64,000 bases of DNA from Kiritimatiellia bacterium (GTDB lineage: Bacteria > Verrucomicrobiota > Kiritimatiellia > RFP12 > UBA1067), in the NCBI GenBank assembly GCA_017542055.1, contig JAFXXW010000023.1, positions 22,839 through 86,838 on the forward strand, read 5' to 3'. The notes beneath the pieces were generated by a model that was not told where the DNA came from, made no database searches, and worked only from the letters and a program-made list of their open reading frames with translations. Positions within the stretch are counted from its first letter, which is position 1. Every line of letters begins with the position of its first letter. Below are positions 1 to 9,302 of this stretch, piece after piece. Position numbers and translations under genes: made by a program.

Positions 1-233
1 TCCCCCGGCAACAACTCGCCCAAGCCAGTCCGCTCCTCGGTCTCCTTCAGCACGTCGGCCGTAAACCGGTCGACCGAAAAGCGCGCAACCGTCAGACAAA
101 CTCCGTTGACCGCGATCGACTCTCCCGCCTCCAACGGTTTGGCCCAAGGCTCGAACGCGATCTCGAGCACCAGCCCCGCGCCCCGGCTGACGCGCTTCAC
201 GGTTCCGATTTTCTGGATTATGCCCGTAAACAT
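1..233 (-). CDS. ribE: Riboflavin synthase alpha subunit, N-terminal part; gene runs off the window start
   Basis: The reverse complement of 1-233 reads MFTGIIQKIGTVKRVSRGAGLVLEIAFEPWAKPLEAGESIAVNGVCLTVARF..., the canonical MFTGI start of riboflavin synthase. The ATG at 231-233 overlaps the ribD stop. Confidence 0.75.
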   Translation of the reverse strand, partial: MFTGIIQKIGTVKRVSRGAGLVLEIAFEPWAKPLEAGESIAVNGVCLTVARFSVDRFTADVLKETEERTGLGELLPG

Positions 234-1177
234 ATATGCAGATCCTTTAGTTTGCCCGCGCCCAGCAAGGCGGCGTCGCGAATGTGGCGATTGCCGATCA
301 CTTTGGGACACAAAACGGTTAGCCACTCGTCCACCAGACCCTGCTCCACCAGACTGGTCGCCAGGCCCGCCCCGCCTTCGCACAACACGTGGTTGAAGCC
401 GGCCTTGCCCAATTCCGTCAGCGCCACCCGGGGATCGTCGAAGACCAACGTCTGGTTCTGCCCGTCCGCGAACACTTGGGCCTTTTTCGGCAATTTGCCC
501 GACCGTGACACCACCACCCGCACGAGATCCGGATTGGGCTTGCCGTGCGACAACAGCGAAGGATCGTCTTTGCGCACCGTTTCCGCCCCCACCATGATAG
601 CATCCACCCTTTCGCGCAAACGTCCGGTGACCACTCGCGACTCCTCGCTGCTGATCCACTTGCCGTCGCCCCAATTGTCCGCGAACTTGCCGTCCAACGT
701 CATCGCCAGCTTGACGGTCACGTACGGCAGTCCCGTCTTCACCCGCTTGGCGAACGGCTTGATCAGCTCCTCCGCCTCGATGCACGGCAAATGGTCGCAG
801 GAGATGCCGCAAGCGGCCAGCACCCTGCGCGCCCGGTTGCGGTTCTTGGGATTGGGATCGGTGCAAAGATATGTCACGTGCTTGATGCCCGAGCGGATGA
901 TCGCATCGGTGCAGGCGCCCACCCTGCCCGGCTTGGAACACGGCTCCAAAGTAACCAGCAAAGTGTCGGGGCGGCATTTGGGAAAGCGACGTTGCCGGTC
1001 GGCGATCGCCTCCACTTCCGCATGGTTCTCGCCCGCCCGGTGATGATACCCCTCGCCGATGCACTTGCCCCGGGCGGTGAACAGCATGGCTCCCACCGGC
1101 GGATTGGGTCGCGTATGACCCTCGCCCCGACGCGCCAACTCAAGCGCGCGATTTAGCGTAGCGGTCGAGAATTCCAT
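218..1177 (-). CDS. ribD: Bifunctional riboflavin biosynthesis deaminase/reductase RibD
   Basis: Cytidine-deaminase zinc motifs HAEVEAI and TLEPC, followed by a reductase domain. 319 aa. Overlaps the nusB end. Confidence 0.88.
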   Translation of the reverse strand: MEFSTATLNRALELARRGEGHTRPNPPVGAMLFTARGKCIGEGYHHRAGENHAEVEAIADRQRRFPKCRPDTLLVTLEPCSKPGRVGACTDAIIRSGIKHVTYLCTDPNPKNRNRARRVLAACGISCDHLPCIEAEELIKPFAKRVKTGLPYVTVKLAMTLDGKFADNWGDGKWISSEESRVVTGRLRERVDAIMVGAETVRKDDPSLLSHGKPNPDLVRVVVSRSGKLPKKAQVFADGQNQTLVFDDPRVALTELGKAGFNHVLCEGGAGLATSLVEQGLVDEWLTVLCPKVIGNRHIRDAALLGAGKLKDLHICLRA

Positions 1178-1592
1178 TTACGAGCGCCCTCGATTTGGGA
1201 GAAGAGAACCAGTTCGCCAAGTCCACCGCCTCGTTGATCACCACCGGCGCGGGAACGTCGCTATACTTGATTTCCCAAATCCCCATGCGCAAGACCGAAC
1301 GCTCCACCGTGCCCAGCCGGTGCAGTTCCCATCCGTCCAATAGCGGCTTGATGATTTCGTCCAGTTCGTCGCGCGTCTTCAAAACCCCCGCCACCCGCTC
1401 TTCGGTGAATTCCTTGAGCTGCCTTACCGCAGCCAGATTCATGGAGATGAGACCGTCGGTATCGGCGCTCGCGATCAGTTCCCATTCGCTGTCGATGAAC
1501 TCGTTCAGGTTCTCCGGCGGATTGAGGTCGGCCGCGGCGAGCATCTGGACCGCCCATTCGCGCGCCTGCCGTCTAGTAGGTTTGCCGTGCAT
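1140..1592 (-). CDS. nusB: Transcription antitermination factor NusB
   Basis: 150-aa protein with a NusB-like sequence (QAREWAVQML...NGILD). Confidence 0.85.
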   Translation of the reverse strand: MHGKPTRRQAREWAVQMLAAADLNPPENLNEFIDSEWELIASADTDGLISMNLAAVRQLKEFTEERVAGVLKTRDELDEIIKPLLDGWELHRLGTVERSVLRMGIWEIKYSDVPAPVVINEAVDLANWFSSPKSRALVNGILDRYAKSRA

Positions 1593-1593
1593 G

Positions 1594-4500
1594 TCATTTT
1601 CCTCCCAATTTCAACCAAACTCGCAAAAATTCCGAATCGCTCCAGGCTTGCGCGGTGCACCCCTTCTGCGCATGCGGAGCGTCGCCGTCGGCCACCTCGC
1701 TCAGATGGCCCACGCAGCCCAGATTGAGACTCTCCACCGCCGTGGCCAAGAGCGACAGTCCCGACCTTTTCTTCCGGGGATCGATTTCGGCCATCGCCTC
1801 CGCATACAGCGGGAACGGCCACGCCCACACGGTTCCGTTGTGGTAGGCCGGCTTGCGGCAGGTGTCTTCGTCGCCCTCGTAGCGTCCGCGATAGAGCGGG
1901 TGTCCGGCATTGAGCGATCGCACCCCGCCCGGCACCAGCAACTCTTCGGTCGCCTGCAGAATCGACGGGTCCTTGCAGATCCCCAACGTGACGAGAAATA
2001 GCTGGTTGGGCCGGATGGTGTCCTCGGGGATGGCGTTGCGGGCGCTCTCGCCGCCGGGCGCCGCCAAACAGTCGCGATAGCCGTGCTCCCATTTGAAATA
2101 CTTCTCCACCGACTTCGCGGCCATGTTCGCCAAATCGTGCTGCCCCACGAAATGGAGCGCGCTGATCCACAATGCCTGGATCTCCACCGGATACCCCACC
2201 CTCGGCGTGCAGGCGGGATAATTGGTGTCCATCCAGGTGAAATGCGAAGGACTCCACACGAGACCCGAATCGGGATCCATGTGGATGCCGTTGGGCGTGC
2301 CCGACTTGTAGCAGGCGACGATGTTTTCGCAGGTTGGCTTAAGCCCGGACACGTCCACCCCCAGCTTGTCCAGCTCGTTGACGCAGTGGACAAACCACAA
2401 TTGCGCGTCGGTGGTGTCGCGATTGCCGGCCGTGTTGCCGTAGATGATGTTGGGCAGCGTCCCGTTCTCCTCGAACGCCGCAAAGGCCTTCAGGATCTTG
2501 ACGCAGTCCTCGATCATTCCGGCCGCGATCATCCCGCGCATGAAGATGAAAGTGTCGCGTCCCCAATCGAGGAACCAGGGATAGCCCGCGATCACGGTCT
2601 TGAGGTCATCGCGTTTGACGATGTATAGTTCCAACGCCTGACGCAACGCCGTTCCGAAAGTGGTCGTCTCGGGCGTGTCGGGCATGGACGGAAAATTGAT
2701 GAGCGACGGGATGTTCATGGGATTCATGACGCCGATCAGCTCCATCGTGTCGCCCACTTTCAAGTCCGCGCTGACCCAGCCGGGACTGTAAAGATCGCCG
2801 GCGCCCTCCTGTCCGCGCGCCGCTTCCTCGCTATGGTCCACGTTGTACGTCCACTGCGGCTCGTGATGGTAGGCGCCGTTGACCACGCACAACCGGAACA
2901 CGTCGTCGTACGGCCTGAACGAAAATCCGTCCTCCATGTGCACGGTGCGCCGGGGGAATAGTTCCTCCAGTCCCGCGTACGCTTTGGTGGTGGAATGGAA
3001 ACTGCGCCACTCGATATCGGGCCGGAACACCAACCGCACCTGGTCGCCCACGTCCAGATGGCCGGCGTCGACGCGCGACACCTTGATCCGCGCGGCGTTG
3101 ATGTCGGGGCCGAGCGACACTTCGAAACTGAAAGCCGCCTCCTTGCCCATGCCGCAGGGAACCGTAAAGTCCCACTTGGCCGCCCTTCCGGCCGGATCGG
3201 CCGTGAACTTGGTCTGGCAGTGCTTGTCGAACTCGCGCGTATAGCCTTCGCGCTGCAACCAGCAACGGGTGCGCGTCCAGAGATTGATCCGGTCGCTCGG
3301 CACGTTGGGGTTGGGATTGGCCGCCAGAATCGCGTCGTATTGCGACCTCAATTCGCCCCAGCCGACACGAAGCTGGCTCGCGGCTCCGGCGCCGTTGGAA
3401 AGCACCGTCCTAAACTCCGGATTCTTCCTGATCTCCGCCCCCGAAAGCGACAGCTGGGCCTTGGCCTTGGTCGCGGTGGGCGGAATCAAAAAGCGCGACT
3501 TCGTGCGGGTGGATTTGCCGGGCGTGTAGACGATCATCGCGAGCGTCAATTCGCGGGAACGCGTCCCGTTTCCGTGATAGTGCGGCGCGTCGAACACCAC
3601 CTTGTTGTCCACGCTGCGCTGCACCCGGATGGTCTTGCCGGTTTCGGGATCCACCAGCCGCACCCGGAAATGGTACGGCGCGCTTATCTCCACCAGCTCT
3701 TCCTCCGGCACGCAAACGTCGCGGTTGACGTCGCGCGGGAATTGCCAATGGAATTTGGCCGCGCGAGCGGTCCCGACCGGTTCCGGCCCGGCTGCCGCTT
3801 CCGCCTTAGCCTGTTCCATCGGCGCCAGGCATTTCACTTCGCCCGGCTTCAGCGCCAAGCTTCCCTTCAGCTCCGTTTTGCGCTCGGACAGGATATCGAA
3901 CGCCTCGTCATGGGCGAACTTGCTCTCGTCCCATTGGATCCGCGCCGGAGCTCCGGTGTCGAGATTGGCCAGAATGAGCACGCCGTTTCGAATCACCGCC
4001 AACGTGTTGCCTTCGCCGCGCGTGACCACTTCCAGATGGCTCGCGCCGGAAAACGCGGGATTCGTGTCGAGAATATGGTTGAGCTTGGCGATGAGGTCCA
4101 CCATGTTGTCCTGGGCGCCCCAGTTGAGGTCGTTCTTGCCGTGAACGTCGATCTTCTCCCGGCAAAACCACTCCACGCCGTTGGCGATTCCCCACGCCCC
4201 CTGCCAACTCAAAAGCGCCGCCAGCTGCACGCGCATTTTGGCGTACGTTTCTCCGCCTTTGGCCAGCCGGTCGTTGTCGTGCGTCTCCGCGAAATGCACG
4301 AGCGTGCCGTACTTTTCGCTCCGGGCGATCGCCTGCGGCAGATACCACTCGAACTGCCCCCTATCGTACGTCTGGAAGATTTCCGAATACGCCCAGTCGA
4401 GATTGGCCTCCGCCAGCAGCGCGTCCGTAACCTGCAAGTCGCCACCCAGACCCTCCAGCATGAAAACGGTGTCGGGATATTCCTCGCGCACCCGCGCCAC

Positions 4501-5418
4501 GATATATTCCCAGGTCTTGAGGGGAATCATGTAGCCCGCGTCGCACCGGAAACCGTCCACCCCGTTGCGGCACCAGAAGAGAAACACGTCGGCCATATAG
4601 GCCCGCAGCTCCGGATTGGAGTAGTCCAGCTCCACCAGATCCGACCAGACCACCCCCCACGCGCCCGGACTTACGAACTTGCCGTCCTTGGCGCGATGGA
4701 ACCAGTCGGGATGGTGCGTCTGCAGCGTGGACGCCCACCCGGTATGGTTGGCCGGCAAATCCACGAAGAAGAGACCCTTCCGCGCATGGACCGCGTCCAC
4801 CAGTTCCAGAAACTGGTCCAGCGGAGTGGCGTATTCGTCGAATTCCGCCATCGCCGGATCGACCGAAAAGAAATCGAGCGCGGCGAACGGACAGCCGTAT
4901 TCGCCCATCACCGCGTAAGTGGTGGGCACGGGGAAAGGCGGCAACGTCTGAATGATGCGGAAACCCATCCGGTCCATGATGTGCGGCAGCCTCCGCACGA
5001 TTTCGCGGAACGAGCCGAACTGGCGGGGAAAGACGGTGTAGATGGAATTGTTCTTGCGGATTTCCTTGGGCTCCACCTTGATGTGGAAATTGGTGCCGTC
5101 CGGCCACTCGGGCACATTGGACCCGTCGGCGAAAAAGCACGCCTTGCCCGAAAAAATACCCACTTCGTTGAGCGGGATCTCCACCTCGTAGGTGTTGACT
5201 CCGGTCTGCGGCATGGGAATGTCGGTCCACGCCTTGGCCAGCGGCACTTCCCCGCGTTCGGTTTCGGCGATGATCTCCGCGCGGCGCACTTTGGCGTTCC
5301 CGAGATTGCACCTGAACGCCGCCCTTCCGTTGCGCGGATACGGCAGCGTGAGCGACACCTTCAACGTGTCGCCGCACCACTTGAGCAGAAAATCGCCCGG
5401 ATTAGGATATTGCGTCAT
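1594..5418 (-). CDS. Bifunctional glycogen debranching-type enzyme: N-terminal GH13 alpha-amylase-family catalytic domain fused to a C-terminal amylo-alpha-1,6-glucosidase (GDE_C/GH133) domain
   Basis: GH13 regions FVDLPANHTGW, GFRCDAGYM, FMLEGLGG and FAETHDN. C-terminal GYPWFLDWGRDTFI and NGTVWAWPFPLY, typical of the GDE C-terminal domain. 1274 aa. Confidence 0.8.
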   Translation of the reverse strand: MTQYPNPGDFLLKWCGDTLKVSLTLPYPRNGRAAFRCNLGNAKVRRAEIIAETERGEVPLAKAWTDIPMPQTGVNTYEVEIPLNEVGIFSGKACFFADGSNVPEWPDGTNFHIKVEPKEIRKNNSIYTVFPRQFGSFREIVRRLPHIMDRMGFRIIQTLPPFPVPTTYAVMGEYGCPFAALDFFSVDPAMAEFDEYATPLDQFLELVDAVHARKGLFFVDLPANHTGWASTLQTHHPDWFHRAKDGKFVSPGAWGVVWSDLVELDYSNPELRAYMADVFLFWCRNGVDGFRCDAGYMIPLKTWEYIVARVREEYPDTVFMLEGLGGDLQVTDALLAEANLDWAYSEIFQTYDRGQFEWYLPQAIARSEKYGTLVHFAETHDNDRLAKGGETYAKMRVQLAALLSWQGAWGIANGVEWFCREKIDVHGKNDLNWGAQDNMVDLIAKLNHILDTNPAFSGASHLEVVTRGEGNTLAVIRNGVLILANLDTGAPARIQWDESKFAHDEAFDILSERKTELKGSLALKPGEVKCLAPMEQAKAEAAAGPEPVGTARAAKFHWQFPRDVNRDVCVPEEELVEISAPYHFRVRLVDPETGKTIRVQRSVDNKVVFDAPHYHGNGTRSRELTLAMIVYTPGKSTRTKSRFLIPPTATKAKAQLSLSGAEIRKNPEFRTVLSNGAGAASQLRVGWGELRSQYDAILAANPNPNVPSDRINLWTRTRCWLQREGYTREFDKHCQTKFTADPAGRAAKWDFTVPCGMGKEAAFSFEVSLGPDINAARIKVSRVDAGHLDVGDQVRLVFRPDIEWRSFHSTTKAYAGLEELFPRRTVHMEDGFSFRPYDDVFRLCVVNGAYHHEPQWTYNVDHSEEAARGQEGAGDLYSPGWVSADLKVGDTMELIGVMNPMNIPSLINFPSMPDTPETTTFGTALRQALELYIVKRDDLKTVIAGYPWFLDWGRDTFIFMRGMIAAGMIEDCVKILKAFAAFEENGTLPNIIYGNTAGNRDTTDAQLWFVHCVNELDKLGVDVSGLKPTCENIVACYKSGTPNGIHMDPDSGLVWSPSHFTWMDTNYPACTPRVGYPVEIQALWISALHFVGQHDLANMAAKSVEKYFKWEHGYRDCLAAPGGESARNAIPEDTIRPNQLFLVTLGICKDPSILQATEELLVPGGVRSLNAGHPLYRGRYEGDEDTCRKPAYHNGTVWAWPFPLYAEAMAEIDPRKKRSGLSLLATAVESLNLGCVGHLSEVADGDAPHAQKGCTAQAWSDSEFLRVWLKLGGK

Positions 5419-6241
5419 GGATGATTTCCACGCCTTTCTTCAATTCTGCCTCGCTCACGTGGCTCTTCGGCTCGAATACCACATGCGGCACCTTTTTCAT
5501 CATGTCGGACAGTTCTTTGAAATCCACCTTGCCGCCTCCCGGCGCAAAATGGTCGTCGTTGAAATCTTTCACGTCGTTGAGGTGCATCCCCGCGAACTCC
5601 AACTTGCTGTAGGGCGAATCGAGAAACCGACCCGTCCACCGGTTGCACTCCTGGACGCGCCAATGCCCCGTGTCGAACCAAGGCTTGATCCAAGGGGAAA
5701 ACTTCGCCAGCTCCGGCCACTCCTCCGCCATCGGGAACCCTTCCAGATACGGCATGTTTTCGAGCCCCAAAGTAACTTTATTCTCCTCGAGCGCCTTCAC
5801 GATCTCCTCCAGCTCCGGCAACACCGCCTCCATCATCTTCTTTCCGTGCTTGCGCCGCGCCTTGACCCGGTTACTCCAAGGGAAGAACCCGTCCGAAAAA
5901 ACCCTCCCCGCGTGCAGCACCACCGTGTCCGCCCCCATCCTCCGCGCAAACTCCACGTTCTTGACGATGTTCACTTTGGCGATCGCCCGCGCATCCCGGT
6001 TCAAACTCGCTATCGTATACAGCTCCGGATGGCCCCCCGGCGCGGAAATCGGCACCGGACAGAACGAATGCACGCTCCCGATCGCGATCTTCCCCGCCAG
6101 CCGCAGATACTCTTCCGCCTCCTCCGAGGTCGTGCTGTACCCCAGCTCCAGCTCGCCGAATCCCAGCGCCAAGGCCCGGTCGATCCGTTCCGCCACGCTC
6201 GTCTCGCGTTTGAACCAGTTGGTGGAAAGACTCAGTCGCAT
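5402..6241 (-). CDS. Sugar phosphate isomerase/epimerase (xylose isomerase-like TIM barrel) family protein
   Basis: Real start MRLSLSTNWF lies inside the longer track ORF 5402..6955. 279 aa. TIM-barrel AP-endonuclease-2-like pattern (VVLHAG, LGLEN). Confidence 0.55.
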   Translation of the reverse strand: MRLSLSTNWFKRETSVAERIDRALALGFGELELGYSTTSEEAEEYLRLAGKIAIGSVHSFCPVPISAPGGHPELYTIASLNRDARAIAKVNIVKNVEFARRMGADTVVLHAGRVFSDGFFPWSNRVKARRKHGKKMMEAVLPELEEIVKALEENKVTLGLENMPYLEGFPMAEEWPELAKFSPWIKPWFDTGHWRVQECNRWTGRFLDSPYSKLEFAGMHLNDVKDFNDDHFAPGGGKVDFKELSDMMKKVPHVVFEPKSHVSEAELKKGVEIIHDAIS

Positions 6242-6999
6242 TTCAACCTGTCCATCATTTGGGAGATTACCGCCTCTTCGCCGATCATCCGTTCGCTCTG
6301 CCGGTATGCGGCTTCTACCGCCTCCACGTTCCTGAACGCGACGAAATCGTCCAGCTTGCCGCCAACCATCCAACCGCGCACTTCGCGCATGATCGTCCCG
6401 AAAAACGCCTTGCGCGCCAAGGCCTCGTTCTCCTGCGCTTCCGATTCCTTGAGCGACTTCATCATCGCCACCAAACCGTAAATGTCCTTCTCCCGCACCA
6501 TCTGGACGATGTCTTCCATCGTGTCCCGGTCCAGAAACTCCCCCGTCACCGCCAACTCGATCCGTTGCGTGCGCGATACGATCGTGGGCAATATCGCATC
6601 CGGCGCGTCCGTCAGCAAGAGGAACATCGTCTTGGGCGTCGGCTCTTCGAGCGTCTTCAGAAACGCATTGGCCGCCTCTTCGCGCATGCGGTCCGCCCCG
6701 CACACCACCCCCGCCTTCCAGCCTCCGCTGAAGCTCGTGGCGTTCATCGGCTCCACCAACCGCTCGCGCACGCTCTCCACCTTGATGATGCGAGACTTCC
6801 CTTCCGGCTCCAGCCACACGATGTCCGGATGGGTGCGATTCGCCACCTGTTCGACCGCGCCCGGAAACAGTTTCCGCAAAACGAGCTCCGCCAGTTCCGA
6901 CGCGTTGCCGCGCACGTCCCCGACGATCAGATAGCCGGTGGCCGCCTTGCCGCACTCGATGGCGCGGGAAATCAAACTATAGGCGCTACCGACTTCCAT
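6232..6999 (-). CDS. holB: DNA polymerase III delta-prime subunit
   Basis: Start MEVGSAYSLISRAIECGKAATGYLIVG; box TLEEPTPKTMFLLLTD...SRTQ. The classical tmk-holB adjacency is present. The N-terminal 112 aa of the track ORF is shadow sequence. The protein is short, about 255 aa. Confidence 0.7.
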   Translation of the reverse strand: MEVGSAYSLISRAIECGKAATGYLIVGDVRGNASELAELVLRKLFPGAVEQVANRTHPDIVWLEPEGKSRIIKVESVRERLVEPMNATSFSGGWKAGVVCGADRMREEAANAFLKTLEEPTPKTMFLLLTDAPDAILPTIVSRTQRIELAVTGEFLDRDTMEDIVQMVREKDIYGLVAMMKSLKESEAQENEALARKAFFGTIMREVRGWMVGGKLDDFVAFRNVEAVEAAYRQSERMIGEEAVISQMMDRLKCD

Positions 7000-8177
7000 A
7001 TCTCCGTTTCCACCTCGTCTACCGTGCCCGACGCGTCCACCAGTTTGATGCGTCCGGGCTCCGCCTTTTGCATGGCCAAAAATCCTGCTCTCAGCCGGGC
7101 ATGGAACTCGCGCCCCGCCTGCTCGATCCGGTCCGCGCTCGTGGCCGTCTGCGCCTCCCGCTGGCGCATCCTTGCCCGCGCCGTCTCCTCCGGCAAATCG
7201 AGCAGCAAAGTCAAATCCGGCTCCAGTCCTCCGCAAGCGAAAGAATTCATGAGCTCCACCGTTCCCAAGTCCATTCCCCGGCCATACCCCTGATAGGCCA
7301 TCGTGGAATCGCTGAAGCGATCGCTCACCACCCACTTGCCCGACGCCAAAGCCGGCCTAATCACCTTCTCCACCAACTGCGCCCGCGCCGCCAGAAAGAG
7401 CAACAGCTCGCACTTGTCCACCGGAGCTTCTTCCAACTGGTCCTTGATCAGGGTGCGAATGCGTTCGTTGAGCACGGTTCCGCCCGGTTCCCGGGTAAGC
7501 ACCGTCTCGATGCCCTTTTCCGCCAGCCGCGCCGCCAATCGCTTGATCTGGGTGGACTTTCCGCAGCCCTCGCCGCCCTCGAACGTCACGAATTTTCCGC
7601 GCTTCTTTTCCGTCCCCTCGAATTCCGTCATCGTCGCGCATCCTTCATGGTTGATTCCCGAAAAATCGAACATTTTCCCGATCGTCATCGCCAGAATCTT
7701 GAGGTCCAGTTTAAGACTCCGGTTCCGCACGTACCAGGCGTCCAGCTCGAATTTCCGCTCCCACGATAGCGCGTTGCGACCGTTCACCTGCGCCCATCCG
7801 GTGATGCCCGGCAGCACCTGGTGCCGAATCGCCTGCTCCGCGCTGTAGCGCGTAAGATACTTGACCGGCAAAGGCCTTGGCCCCACGAGACTCATTCTTC
7901 CGGCCAACACGAGGAAGAGTTGCGGCAGTTCGTCGATCGAGAATTTGCGCAGCCACTTCCCTGTCGCCGTGAGCCGCGCCTCGTCCGCTCCCTCGCCTTC
8001 CCGCATCGTCCGCAGTTTCCAGAACCGGAACGCCTTGCCGCCCTTCCCGGCCCGCTCGGACACGTAAAAAACGGGCCGACCCATCGTGAGCGCCACGATC
8101 GCCATGCCAACGAGCAGCACCGGCAGCCACACCGGCAAGCCCAACAACGCGAGCGCGATATCCAAAACCCGCTTCAT
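6972..8177 (-). CDS. tmk: Fusion protein: polyprenyl-phosphate sugar phosphotransferase (bacterial sugar transferase) domain + thymidylate kinase
   Basis: N-terminal half has a TM helix followed by a WbaP/WecA-C-like sugar-transferase domain (DELPQL, GPRP, KLDL). The C-terminal half carries the Tmk P-loop FVTFEGGEGCGKSTQ and a lid region. No stop separates the two halves. Confidence 0.7.
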   Translation of the reverse strand: MKRVLDIALALLGLPVWLPVLLVGMAIVALTMGRPVFYVSERAGKGGKAFRFWKLRTMREGEGADEARLTATGKWLRKFSIDELPQLFLVLAGRMSLVGPRPLPVKYLTRYSAEQAIRHQVLPGITGWAQVNGRNALSWERKFELDAWYVRNRSLKLDLKILAMTIGKMFDFSGINHEGCATMTEFEGTEKKRGKFVTFEGGEGCGKSTQIKRLAARLAEKGIETVLTREPGGTVLNERIRTLIKDQLEEAPVDKCELLLFLAARAQLVEKVIRPALASGKWVVSDRFSDSTMAYQGYGRGMDLGTVELMNSFACGGLEPDLTLLLDLPEETARARMRQREAQTATSADRIEQAGREFHARLRAGFLAMQKAEPGRIKLVDASGTVDEVETEIWKSVAPIV

Positions 8178-9301
8178 TTCTGCGCCACCGCCTTAAGTTC
8201 GCCCTGCCCCAGCCGGATGCCCAGCACCTCGCCCGACGCTACCGCCTGCGCCTCCTTCACCACCTCGCCGCTTTCCCTGGTCACTATCGCATACCCCCGG
8301 TCCAGCACCGCGTAAGGCGACAAGAGATTCAGCCGGGTGGAAACCTTTTCCAGTCGCCTCCCCACGCGTTCGCCGTACAGCGCGAGCGCCGAGGCAAGCG
8401 TATCCGACAAGTGATCGAGCCGTTGGGCGAACCATTCGCCCTTCGACACTACCGCGCTACGCATCAACGCGGAATAGCGCGACAGCCGGTCCCGCTCCTT
8501 GACGTATTCCGGCACCGACATCTCGGCCGCGATGGAAGGCGTCCCGGCCCGCAGATCGGCCGCAAGCTCCGTCAAAGTGAAATCGCTTTCGTGACCGATG
8601 GCCGCCACTACCGGAACTTCGCTACCCGCCACCGCCCTTACGAGCGCCTCGTCGTTGAAGCAGAAGAGGTCTTCGAAACTCCCGCCCCCTCGCGCCACCA
8701 CGATCAAATCCGGTCTCCATTCCGTATTGAAATACTTTAGCGCCTTCATCACGCTCGCCGGCGCCTCTTCGCCCTGCACCACGCACGGAAAGAGCCGGAT
8801 CTGCAAATACGGAAATCTCCTGGTCAGCACCCGCGCCATATCGTGGATCACCGCTCCCGCCTCGCTCGTGCAGATGCCGATCCGCTTCGGCAGATACGGC
8901 AATTTCCGCTTTCTCGCCGCGTCGAACAATCCCTCCTGCTGCAGCTTGGCCTTGAGCTCCAGATACTTCTGCATCAAATCGCCTTCGCCCACCAGCTTCA
9001 TTCGCCGGACGACCAACTGGTAGTTGCCCCGGGGCGGATACACCCCCACCGACCCCCGCGCCTTGATTTTGGCGCCGTCCTTGAAGAGCGACCGCTGCGC
9101 GCACGCCGACAGCGCCCCCGCAAACATCACCGCCCCGATCTGCGCGCCTTCGTCCTTGAGCGTGAAATAGGCATGACCCGACGGATACACCTTCCAGCCC
9201 GAAATCTCCGCGTCCACGTCCACGCTCGGGAAGCTGCCCTCCAGCAGACCCTTGATCCGCTGCGTGAGTTCGCTTACGCTGAGACTGGGAGGAGCGTCCA
9301 T
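8174..9301 (-). CDS. xseA: Exodeoxyribonuclease VII large subunit
   Basis: N-terminal OB fold followed by an XseA catalytic region. 375 aa. ATGA overlap with the downstream gene. Confidence 0.85.
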   Translation of the reverse strand: MDAPPSLSVSELTQRIKGLLEGSFPSVDVDAEISGWKVYPSGHAYFTLKDEGAQIGAVMFAGALSACAQRSLFKDGAKIKARGSVGVYPPRGNYQLVVRRMKLVGEGDLMQKYLELKAKLQQEGLFDAARKRKLPYLPKRIGICTSEAGAVIHDMARVLTRRFPYLQIRLFPCVVQGEEAPASVMKALKYFNTEWRPDLIVVARGGGSFEDLFCFNDEALVRAVAGSEVPVVAAIGHESDFTLTELAADLRAGTPSIAAEMSVPEYVKERDRLSRYSALMRSAVVSKGEWFAQRLDHLSDTLASALALYGERVGRRLEKVSTRLNLLSPYAVLDRGYAIVTRESGEVVKEAQAVASGEVLGIRLGQGELKAVAQK

Positions 9302-9302
9302 T

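Noticed and set aside
2995-5424. 809-aa plus-strand ORF
   Set aside because: It entirely overlaps the GH13/GH133 debranching gene on the opposite strand and has no recognisable motifs. Its Arg/Ala/Gly-rich composition is typical of GC shadow ORFs.
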